Below, in pieces: positions 52,552 to 64,000 of a stretch of 64,000 nucleotides of DNA; within the stretch, counting starts at the first letter, position 1, and every line of letters starts with the position of its first letter. This stretch comes from Ruditapes philippinarum (Eukaryota): positions 186,001-250,000 of the forward strand of contig NW_026866608.1 of NCBI RefSeq assembly GCF_026571515.1. Reading direction: 5' to 3'. The position numbers and the translations under genes are program-made. A model generated the notes under the pieces. That model was not told where the DNA came from. It saw nothing but the letters and a program-made list of their open reading frames with translations, and did not search any database.

Positions 52552-55500
52552 TGTATATCCATAACACTATCCATACTCTATTCACATGAAATTAAATAAT
52601 ATTGGTATTTGATTATTATAGTTACCAATTTATATGTGATACATGTATAAATGCTGCATATATCATATATAAAAAACTACGACCGCATTAAATAACAACT
52701 GTTCTGTATTTGAGTGTGATCCGTAATGACGTACCACACGTAGTATTACATCTTTGATGAATTCGTTTGTTAACTAAAATGGATCGGGTTCGGCGATTTC
52801 GAGGTATGTGTGACTTGGCAAAGCAAATGCCAGTTGCAGATCAAGATCCTTTGGGAGTTATGTCAACAATACTTAAATACTCGGTTTGATGGAGTCTTTT
52901 TATATGATATCATTACAGATGTAGCATCTCTAACATCACTAAGCATCTGTGAAAGTGATACTGATCCCTTAACACATTTGATCCCGGAGGACCTTGGGAT
53001 TATAAAAACAGTGACGTGAAGAACGGGACAATTATGTAAAGCTGTCTTTTTATAACATTTTTTTCACACCTAGGAGATATTTGTTTTTAGAAATTGATTT
53101 CACGTGTCACTAAGCTTTGTATTTTAAAAGATAATTCTTAAAATTATACGCTTTATTTTTATACACCTAATGAATTTACAACAATGACGTGTGCTATTTT
53201 TTAACTAGATAAATGTGCCTGTTACAGTAATACACATAGGACATTTGAAGGGTTTTTTATTACGGGATATAGACTGTAATGTCTCATTTGCTGTAGAATA
53301 ATCTTCGATTAATTGTATACAAACACTCGTACAGGATGGATTATGTCTGCTTTGAACTTCGATATTCTTTGTTAGGTACTTTTCAAATGTTTTGGTGTCA
53401 GATAAAAATGCTGAATTAGATGACAGTGATATTTTTGAAGCCAGATGCCGCCTTGTTGACAACATTATAATATCTTTTATTTTACATTTTTGTATAACCT
53501 TTTAATAGTTACTATATCAAGAACCTAAGAGAAACAAAAAAAAATAAACAAAAACAAATGAAACATGTTGAGTAGTACTTTTAAATGGTGTTGCTAATTG
53601 ATGAGCTTATTTAATTTTTAGTTGAATACTCATAATTATCTAAATTTTTTAATATTTGTAATGAAGGAATTTAGTAAAAAGAGCATAGACCTTAGACATG
53701 TTAGAGTAAAATGTTCAGCAGTTTTTGCAATGAATTGAATATAGTAAGAAGGGTTTGTAAAATTAAGGGGTTAAATTATATGGCTCAAATAAGGTTAATG
53801 CTGTTTCTCTAATAACATTTTCGGCAGTACAGAAATGTAAAACTAATTATTCAAATCTTATTAGCCTATGTTATTGCATAGAATCTGATGCCCTCTAAAG
53901 CACAACAAGCTTTTCAAACTTGAAACAGGCGCTCGAAATGATAATAACAGATTTCTGCCTCAAGGGTGTGCCTAAACCTAAAACTGTCAACAAACAAGAA
54001 ATTCAAGACAATAAAAAAAAAAACTAATTTCAATAAACAACTTTGATCTCATTACTTATTGAAAAGAATACGGTGTAATATTTGTCCTGTTGTTTTCAAA
54101 TGAAAGTAAAAAATATATGTCTTGCCATTATATCATTACTTTTGGTTATTAATGATATAGTGTGTGATTTATCATATTGCTTAACATATTTCATATGCCT
54201 ATCTGTGCAGTGTGACAAGGTGATATCCTTTTGAAAGCATTTATTAATATATTGTTTATTTAAATTATTATTTTATTGCAGAGGGTTAATTTAAGCAGGG
54301 TATTTCCATTATGAAAGGTAGCTTCGTAACTGTTACTATTTCTACTAATCATGTCAGCAAAAGGCTTACAAGTACCTTTTGCCTGAAGTTGAAATTTTAT
54401 TTCTAAAAATAATAATATAATTTCATTAACAATATGAAACATTTTGCAAACGTACATATTATCGAGATATTACTGATAATATTTTCACCTTAATTGAATC
54501 AGCAGTTATTTACTGATATTAACGTCGAGAAATTCATAAAATTTGTTATAATTTATAAATAGATATGCAGTGGAAATTTTCGGGTAATTGTTAAATATAT
54601 CTAAAACTTACAAAAAATATTTTTACAGACAGTTCAGTTGTTTCCTGGAGGAAATGGTGGCATGACATTGAATATATTATCAAATCGTAACCTATATATT
54701 AAATGTGTTCATTTTAAGCACCAGACGGAAAAAATAGAATCCTGTCAAGAGCAGATTATGGCGCTGCTTTTACTACGGACAATAATTAGTAGCATCTGTT
54801 TTACGAAGCTTAGCTGGCAGACCTAATTGGTAAAAAAGCGAAGCTGACAAAGACGAAAACATCTTAAGTTTTCCAAAACACTCGTTATGTTTTTTAATTA
54901 ATGTCAACTTGGTACACATATAATTTATCTTTCTCTAGAATAGTATGTTTCCTTTTTGATTGCCGTCACATACGTACAAAGTGTACATATTCAACGTACG
55001 GTTACCAGTATGAAATGATCAACGTATCGGTAAACCTTTTTTATAATCTATAATCGTTTATGGTTTTTACCTTAATATTTGTTATTTTCTTATCATTTTC
55101 GGAAAACAACTACGGATTGTCGTACCAACTTGTATATAAGAAGTACGATTTTTTCACGTTATCTATTTAAAAACAAATAATTTTAATCGGCCCAAATTCA
55201 AGATAATTTCACGTTCTTTTTATCTTATTTCTCTAACCGTGATTCAAATTGATTAACGGAAACAGTTGCAACATGGCAAATCAAAGAAGCAATAATCTTT
55301 GACAATTATTGAATGTAGATTTAGTGGATAAAAATGAGTAGGCCAAAATTTTCCCCCTTTTTTAATCAGATTTCTAAAAGGGGTTTTTTTATTCATGATT
55401 AACATTAACTTGTGAATTTATATTTACCTTTAAAAATATATATAAAAAATAAAAAAAGGTTTAAACTTATCTGATTACATTCAGATGCCCCTTTATTTGC

Positions 55501-58500
55501 ACTAATGTCGGAACACTTTTTTGCGAAAGCAACCGAAAAATAGGGATCTTTTATGGAGAGACTTTTGGAAATTTACAAAAAATTACTAATTTGCTGTTAA
55601 ACTAAATGACTTTTGACGAAAGGCTAACAAAACCCCCTGCATTAAAATAATCTAATATGCGAAAAATTTTGTTTGAAAGGTGCACAATTTTGTTTTTTTT
55701 GTTAAATTTTCCCTTAAATTTATGCTCGAAAACCTTTTGGCCTTTGGTTCAATCAGGGTTAATGGTAAGACTTTTTGTTTTGGGTAAAAAAGATAGAATT
55801 TCTAAACCCTTTAAAAATGTTTTAAAAAGAGTGAGGGGTAAAAAAAATTTTTTAATTTTATTGAGGGTTAAATAGTATCTTAGCTATCCGTCTATAAAAG
55901 TGGAAAAAAGTGTAACCCCTGGGAAAAGGGATACAACAAATTTAATGAACATTTTTAGCTCGGTTGATTGTTTTTTGTCTGTATATGATAGTTTTAAAAA
56001 AGTGAAGCCCCCCATTACCCCCCTGGCCCCGGCTGGGCGTTACTCTTTTTCATTTAAAAGGGGTTGGAAATTTGCCCCAAATGCCAAAAAAGGTCTAAAA
56101 CAGTCAGGGTGATTTAAAAAAAAAAATAATGCTAACAATGAAAAAAGTTTTAAACTTTTTTTTCACATTAAATTTTTTTTTTTTTAAACATGAAGTAGGA
56201 TGCTTTTGTTCATTTAAAAAAAAAAATTACTGAAACGTGTTAAATTTTCGTCGTACTTTTAATTAGACAAGGCTTTAGTTTATTCTATAAAACCCCCTTT
56301 GTTTGTGCTAGTGATATTTGTCTTTGTGAAGCAAAAAAAATCCGGAAAACGTTTTTAAAAAAAGGTTTTTTTTTGCCAAAGTGAAAAGTAATTTAAAACT
56401 TTTTCTATTTCTTTTTTTTATGTAAACATTTTTTGTGTGGTTTTTTTTAAATGATTAAAATAACCCATGTGATTATTTGCTTTGCAGTGTTCATTTTTAA
56501 AAAAACTAAAAAGTTTTTTTTGTGAAAATTTAAATTTTGTTTCAAAAAAAAGTTTTAATTTACTCTGAAAATAGAAAATGAATTAAATTTTTTTTAGGAA
56601 AAATCTTTTTTAGAAAAAAACAAATTAAAAATTGTTGCATATAGATAAAGCTTTTTGATTTAACCGGAAAAAGGTTGTGATAAAAATTTAAGGTGGGGTT
56701 CTATCTGTTAAAAAAAATTAATGTTTTTTTTGCACTTTTTAAATTTCATAGAAACTTTTTAATATCGATTCGACGGGTTATGTTTCCCCTTTGAAATGTT
56801 TTTAGTTTATTTCTCACCGTTTGAAACGTTGTACGTTTTTTTTTTGTAATTATCGTTTTTTTTTTTATTAAAGTTTTTTTTACGTAAAATGTGTGAAATA
56901 AAATTTCTATCTTGTGTAAATCACAGCGTTTTTATTAATCCTATTAGCCTTTTTTCCGGTAAAACTTTTTCGATTATTTAAAATTTTTTTTTTTTTTTGA
57001 TTGTGTTAAAATTTTCCCCCAAGGTTATTTTTCCCCATTGTAGGAAAAATTTAGAATCAGATGTTTACAGGTTAAAGAACAGATGTAATACAAGAAGTTT
57101 GTTCTCAATATTAGCGCAGATAATCCAAAATTTTGAAAATTAAACTGTTATTTAGTATTCATCGTACATGTTTCAAGCCAGCCAGTGGGACAATGTCGAC
57201 TGAACATGCCTGTACATCATCTTCAATGTGTTATTTATGGATCATTCCTTACATTGTAAATGTTTTAAGAAAAAGATTTTCGAATTTGTTTTTATTCATA
57301 ATTGATAAATCACCTACGGCTTTGCCGAAAAAAGAAAAAGAAAAAAACATTATTATTCTCAATCTTTTTTTTTTTTTCAAATTAAATTATATTTTTTAAA
57401 GGGCTGATTTATGACATTGAGAAGACAAAGATTCTCAGCTTTTGAAACTCCTAACCATTTAACATGTACATACGTTTTATCTTTCTTAATTATTACCACA
57501 AAACTGTTGTAAAACTACATAAAATCATTTGACCACATTGGCTAAAAACCTTTTCTCTTTAAAGTCATATATAAAAACTATATATCTGATGCAAAAATTT
57601 TGTGTTTGAAAACGAAAGCAATGCACAAAAATTCCAAAAAGTATTCATCTTATTAAAAAAACAATTGCTTCTATGTTTCCCCTTTTTCGGAATAACCTAA
57701 ATAATGGAACCCAAAATTAATTTAATGTTGATAAAAAGTATTAAAAAATTTTTTAAAAATTTTATGTTTATCCTTTAAAAAAAATTTGGAAATGATCGAG
57801 TATAAAAAATTTTTCTTCTACTGTTAGAATTCTTGTTCCCTAAGAACCCGGGTTATATGCACAGCATTTGTCTAAACTTTAATTAATTTAAAATTTGCAA
57901 ATTTAACCAGCCCCTTTCGTTTTCAAAAAAATTGTTTTTATTTTTATACACTTGGTTTTTGTATTTACCTTGAAAGGAAATTACCCCCGTACTTTACAGT
58001 TTTGTTTTGTTCCGACAGAAACCTTTTAACTTTGATTAATGAGATTTTAAAATGGTTATTGCATGTCTCCGGGTCCTTTTAGGCAGGCAATATTTGATTA
58101 TCTTCGCTTTGAACCAGCAATGACAGACATAACCAAAAATGCATAGAAGTGCAACAACATTGTCAATGCTAGTTTACGTCATAATTTATACGAGTCTTAT
58201 ATGAACATTTACGAATCAGTCATTATGGTCGTATAGGAGCAAATTTTCAAAACAATTACTTTAATAACTGTACTGTCAATCAAATAAAAAATGTATTTAC
58301 GTCACTGTCATACATTTCGTACACTTTTTTCATTCAATGTAATGTTTTGCTTTTTTTATAAGGGAAAGCACTAATACACTCTTATGATGTCTTATGTAAT
58401 CACTTTTATCACAATTATTACAGTATTATAATTAATTTCTAGCATTTAGTTGTTGTCAGGCGGTAAAGTAAAAATGATCGTACCAATTATAATTAACCAA

Positions 58501-59014
58501 CTCGTACATTTTCAATGTTTCTTAGTCCAAAGTAACAATGCATTTCAAATTAATAAACAAGTGAACAACACGCTGAAAAAAGTACGGAAACAAATCAGGC
58601 GCAATTCGGTTTAATATTTGGTTCGGTGATGTCGTGTTAGAATCGACTCCCTATTGAACATAGCGGGCGGACTTGTTTGGACCTACATTTACTACCATAT
58701 CTGACTGATTCTTATGCTGAAAACGTGTACGTCCTCGTTAATTTTTGTATCAGAGTCATTCAGAATCAATCTATCGAGAAACTATTTTACCCTTAGCTCC
58801 TGGACGTTTCGTCAACCTTCTTTTCATTTTTTATACCTCACAAATTGTTTATTTTCAAATGTATGCTGTGGTAAATCGTGTTGAAACCGTTGTTCAATAT
58901 TAATTATCAAAATATATAATAACGATTTCAAAGATTTTCATTAAAATTTCAGGATTTGCACCTTTTCAATAAAGTATAAATAACTTGCTCAACTAACTTA
59001 ATAAGGCTGCACCT

Positions 59015-61129
59015 GAGAAAAAACGAGAATAAAGATGAACAAGGCAAAGGCAACGTTCGTAGGAAGTAACCCCCCCCCCCCGACACACCAAAGAAGGGCA
59101 CCCAGAAGGGACCAGAGCTAAACCGGGAGTGGACATAAGGGCGGCGAAAGGAGAGGGACACGCAAGTTGTGAAATAATAAAACTAAAACGGCCCCATAAG
59201 GGAATTAAAGGGATAAGGGCTGTAAGAGTAAAAAAGGGGGGCTTGGGTACAAAAATGGGAGTGGGATGAGAAAATACATACCGTCAAAGAAAATCCAACA
59301 AGGCAGACATCATAAAGCATGTAAATATTTCAAACAAGTAACAATAAAGACATAAAAATACATGTGAAGGAACACAGGGTGGTACGGTCAGTGGCCGTTA
59401 CATCACTGGAGAGTTTAAAACGATTATAGGCGCGTCAAACCTCGCTCTTAGTCCCATTATGCTCCTGAATGACACGAACGTGTAAATAAAATTAATCCCT
59501 GCCAAGTGAAATTCTAACAATGGTCATGGTTACATTAGACGAAATAAATAAAACACACATTGATAAGTAATGGTGTAAATACGTACAAAAACGTACAGCC
59601 TGTTGACCATTACCAAAGTAATCGATGTCATAAAGGAAGGCAGAGCACCAAGAAAAACAACAAGGGCCGGACGAAGCAAGACAAAATACGAACATTAAGA
59701 CTATTTAGTCCTAAAGGGCTTGAAGAACTGTCCATCATCGATTCTCTCACTTGTCCGTCAGATGAAATTAAAAGCGTAGCGTCCAACTGTAAAAGGGTTG
59801 AACACCAAGCATGCGGTATGCCTTTAAACAATTGGGTCATAACCTCTTTTAATAAACCGTTGGAAAATTTTAGTGAAGACAGCAAAACACTACTAAGACC
59901 CGTGATCCTACACAGTTTGTAAACCACATCTTTATAGAAATCAGGTTTGCAAATACCTTATCGTAAAAGAGTTTTTAGATAACAATTCAATTTTAAAACT
60001 AAATGTGAATTACGAAGGTAAAACTTAGTAAAGTTTTTACGCAATTTATGATAGCGATAGCCTTGTTTAAGGTATTAGCACCCTAATGCATTACCTCCGC
60101 TTTGAAGAGTATTCAAATAGGCTAGAACTACTGTTAACTACTTTGAAAATGAGGGCCATGGGTTCAATCCTCAGAAGGGTCAACTTTTTTTTTCTTTCTT
60201 TTTTTCTATTTAACATTATTTATGTAATCTCTCATCGTCCATTTGAAAGTAAAAAGTGTTTAAAATTTTGATTTTTTTTAATTTATATAGGTATTTATTG
60301 GCTAAATTATGCTAAATCTAGTAATATAAATATAGGTACTTGATATTTTCAAAGGTAATATAATCAAAAATAGACGGTAAAAGTATTTCATATTTTACAA
60401 GAATCAAACAATATACTTTTTCTAAAAAATTCAGGGAAAATTTTGAAAACAGGCACTCATTTGGGTAAAATTTTTTTAAGATTTTTTTTTAAATTAGGGC
60501 TCCCTAAGCTTAGAAAAAAGGTCCAGAACAGTGGAAAATGGATGGGGCAAGGGTAACATTTTTATATAAATTTCATAAATTTTAAGTAGAAACCATAGTT
60601 TTCGCTTATTTTGGATTGTTAGCTAATGGTACTAATTTTTTTCTTTTTCCAAAAAAGAAAAGGGAAAAACATTTTTTATTAAATGTTTAAATTTCAGATT
60701 ATTTTAAAAAGGGTTCCCCACTTTTTTTAAAAAAGGGGCCCTTTATAACCCTTCCAAATTGGGGTTAAGAAAAGTTGGGGCCCTAACTTGATTTTCAAAT
60801 AAAAAAGGGTTTAAACTTTTTTTTTAAATTTTTCATACAGGGTACTTTAAGGGTATCAACATCTGACTTATGATTCCCAATTTTTTTTTTTCCTAGATTA
60901 GTGACCCAAATTACGGGTCCTAATACCCTTAAGTAGCCCTTGTTAGTTTAATAAATAATTGCCGTTTCATTTAAAATTCATCAACACGGGACCTTCACCG
61001 CCCTTAGCAAATCTATTTTAATGTGGAGAAAATTTACCTAATATGATGTGCATTGGGAGGTACCTTCCCATCCTCAAATGTGGATAATTAACAATATTAA
61101 AATTAAAATCATCTCTTGTATCGTATTTT
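59015..61129 (-). mobile_element. 5'-truncated Penelope-like retroelement (RT C-terminal region plus 3' UTR), decayed and split by a TTAA element
   Basis: Minus-strand translation gives YDTRDDFNFNIVNYPHL (61125-61075). Across the TTAA it reads LLKQGYRYHKLRKNFTKFYLRNSHL...GICKPDFYKDVVYKL, then after a frameshift KRGYDPIV*RHTACLVFNPFTVGRYAF. These are motifs I recognise from animal Penelope-like RTs. The segment is absent at the paralogous site in C (~45451-45498). Confidence 0.75.
60071..60928. mobile_element. Second Kolobok-like non-autonomous element (TTAA TSD) nested in the Penelope-like RT
   Basis: TTAA at 60067-60070 and 60929-60932. Termini are GGTATTAGCACCC and rc GGGTATTAGGACCC. The first ~550 bp are homologous to 38670-39130. 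Removing the element restores the CTA CTT AAA CAA GGC TAT frame. Confidence 0.75.
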
Positions 61130-61384
61130 AGTACCGAGAGTTTACTTTTGTGCTGCAAACTGTAGCTATCAGACATAGAATGAGCTCATCTGGTATAAAA
61201 CTAATTGAGTTCATTATGAATGACCTCTTTTGACAGAGTGCAGGGCTTTGTTAAATCATACTGCATAGAGCATTAAGAAAGGTAGAGCAGTTTGTAGAAT
61301 TGATAGCATGAATTATGCATTTTTTGCAAATAGCGTTAAACATTAAATAAGTATATCATTATCCCTATCAGCAATGCTAGCTTT

Positions 61385-61610
61385 TTGTTTGTTCGATTGT
61401 TGTTACCGCGCACGAACACAGTATAAATCATATGCTGAAGAGAATATATTTTGGCTAAACTTGGGTGTTACAGGCGTCAAATCAACACCAGGGGTCAAAA
61501 CCACTGTTATTCGAACCCATTTAGTCGCCTCTTACGATCACTCAGATAAGCGGTGACTGCAATTCTGATGCCCAAACCCATACAGACAACCCCTCAGACA
61601 CATGGGAATT
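61385..61610 (-). mobile_element. SINE-like fragment with a Meta-domain-like motif; partial paralog at ~45745-45870
   Basis: Plus strand CCATTTAGTCGCCTCTTACGA, i.e. rc TCGTAAGAGGCGACTAAATGG, a motif I recall from mollusc Meta-type SINEs. Confidence 0.4.
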
Positions 61611-64000
61611 TCTTTAAATTCCTATTAAGTTTGAAAATGTATCGTTGAAGAGCATTGTATGCTAATTTAATAAAATATTTATATCGTTGATATAGTGGAT
61701 TCATACGCTATCATTTTCAATGATTGCTCGAGTACTTATGTCTCAAAAGAAAGTCATGGAGTGGCAGATTAATCAAGTGGAAATACGCTAAATATAAAAA
61801 TTAATGTCTTCACAGACATGCAACAACCCTTCCTAAATTTTGATTTTGATTAATTACCTTAAATTTTTTATGAACACGTTTTTTTTAGAAAAAATTTTTT
61901 GATTTTACTTTAAGACAAAGGGGGCCTAGGGGGAATTTAATTTAAATAAAAATTAATTTTGAAAATTTCCAAATTTTAACTCTGGGGGTACCCCAATTTT
62001 TTGGGAAAGGGTTTTTTAAAGAACTTTTGTACTTGCTTTGAAAAACAAAAGACCCCTTTTCTAGGGTTTTAATTTTTTTAAAAAATCCCTTAAATTTGAG
62101 TTTAAATTTAAGGAAACTCTTAAGGAAAGTCCAAAAAAGGGGCCCAAAAATTTAAAATTTTTCAGGCTTTGGTTTGATTAAAAGGGCCCGTTCATAGACG
62201 TACTTTTCAGGATGAAGCTACTATCTAAAGCCCCAGCTCCGGGGTTAAGTAGACCCCCAAAAATTTAAAAAGTGAAATTGGGAAAAAATTTGAATTTAGA
62301 AACACCGCAAAAAGTTTTTAAAAACGACGGTTTTTTGTTTGGAAAAATTTAATGAGACACTTCATAGTCATTCCATAAAAAGCGTCGTATGGAAAGCTTG
62401 TGCACTAAAGGAGAAAATAATGGGTTGAACTGAACAAAATGGAATTTTGAAAGGATATCAGAGGTAATAGAGCCTGCATATCACAGACAAGACATTAAAA
62501 AAACAAAGTTTAAAAGCATATCCTAAGGGTGATTCAACATTATTCAAAGTAGGAATGATTGGAGCCACCAAATCCGAAAGAGCGCCAAATAGTTTGAAAC
62601 TTAAAAAACGTTAATATCAAGGCTAGCCTAAATAGGTGAAAAAAATTATTAAGGTTTTCTACATAATTTATTCATTGATGAACAGTTAGCTTTTCATAAC
62701 AAAAGGGCTTCTTTCAAAGCGATTAATTATAGAAAACCTACATCTCCTGAATTTAACTAAAAAGCTTAAGATATTAGCTGGACACCATTGGCGATTGGCA
62801 AAATATTATTCGGGTAGATCCCGGTTACATATGGTACCGATTCCTTTTTCAACTCTAATTATTGAACAAATAGCAATCGTATTACAAAATAAAACCCTTG
62901 TTTTTTATGCTGTTGCTTTTTTAGATAATATATAAAGGCGAACATTTGCATGTTTTCACAGAACGGAAATAGTTAAAAGTTGTTTACATTGGCAATGTAA
63001 TAGTTGATAGAATATTGGATAAGGCGAACATCATGTAATAAACGAAGTTCGTATATGTTTCCGGAAAATTAAAGAAACCATGTCAACAGTGGCAGCAAAC
63101 TTACTTCCCTGATTGGACCCATGAGATTGACTTGTGGAGTGTCAAACTTGGTAAGTGACCAGCTGTCAAAGGTAAATAAACTGGCCAGAAACGTTGGTAC
63201 CATGTTTAAATTATTTGACAATGTCGTACATTTGTCTGCTGACATAAGTAGTAAAATACAGATTTTCACGACGGTATAAACAATTAATAACATGCAATGT
63301 TTTGTTAGATAACAGATGAAATAAATTTGAAATCACAAATCCTTATTTAACTTTGATTTCCCATTTTTGTAATATTTTGGGTGATAAATTGAATGATAAT
63401 TGTTCACCACAAAGTATATTGTTTGAATAATGGTAATTGCCATGGAAATTCTATTCCGATAAATCTATCTTTTGTTATATCCAATATGATTACAGTGCCT
63501 TAAATTGTAAAACATATAATGACAACTGGGTAATTTTTTTTGCAATTCTTGTCTCTTTATCTTAACAATTATAATTATAATCATTTAAACAACAAGTCAA
63601 TGTCCAATGAATGTAAGCACAGTGTTTGATTGGTTTGCGTGATGGCGGGTCAGACTTTGTGATTTGATTTCTATACAGGAAACGTCAAAGAACGTATTCA
63701 GCCTAGGTGAGAGTAAGAGGCGTCAAAGGAACCTGTACTCCATTGTCTCATCCAAACCCTTTCTCCTCTCAACAGATTAAACGAAGTGTTTGTTGTAAAT
63801 CTCAAATTTTGTGATAAGTGAAAAAATGTGTTTCAATTGTCCTAAATACTTATCGATTAAACATTAGGGCAAGTCATGTTTTATTAAATAACCATATAAT
63901 TTAACCGAGCACAAGAAGAAAAGCAAATTTATTAGTAAATGCAAATGTAATTACTATCTCAGACAACTTGATCATGCAATATCTGATTGAAAACATATCA

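Larger units (their letters stand above)
51820..64000 (+). repeat. Large duplicated unit, copy D (patchy, many insertions)
   Basis: 51820-52080 matches A 2270-2560 rc (GCACCGGCTYGAGCGGTACTCAAT). 57195-59014 matches C 43220-45451. 61130-61500 matches C 45498-45870. 63213-63985 matches C 46042-47080. Confidence 0.75.

Noticed and set aside
59560-59927. ORFs 59560-59922 (+) and 59628-59927 (-) as genes
   Set aside because: Antisense or frameshifted read-outs of the decayed Penelope-like RT tail.

Overview
AT-rich eukaryotic DNA with GT-AG introns. The MITE, SINE and Penelope repeats resemble those I recall from bivalve molluscs (inference). I cannot support any host gene, rRNA, tRNA or CRISPR array. 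The main feature is a complete 12.7-kb DNA transposon at 9986-22688. It has perfect 18-bp terminal inverted repeats (TIRs, CATCGTCGGATACCCACG) and a 9-bp target-site duplication (TSD, TATAAATAT). It carries two convergent intron-containing genes: an intact RecQ-family helicase (+, 2 exons, 450 aa) and an Academ-type DDE transposase (-, 6 exons, 978 codons) with one in-frame TAA. This is the layout of the known AcademH lineage, so the class is not new, though the family may be. Both ends also contain internal hairpins and near-symmetric promoters. The element sits in one of four diverged copies of a >=10-kb, apparently non-coding unit: A (-) 1-6423, B (+) 7518-~25130, C (+) 36655-~47080 and D (+) ~51820-64000. 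Copies A and C preserve the empty insertion site. The rest of the window is layered mobile DNA: TA-flanked MITEs, two TTAA-flanked Kolobok-like elements, a Penelope-like RT fragment split by one of them, SINE fragments and minisatellites. Parts of 55-62 kb look like unpolished, homopolymer-inflated sequence.
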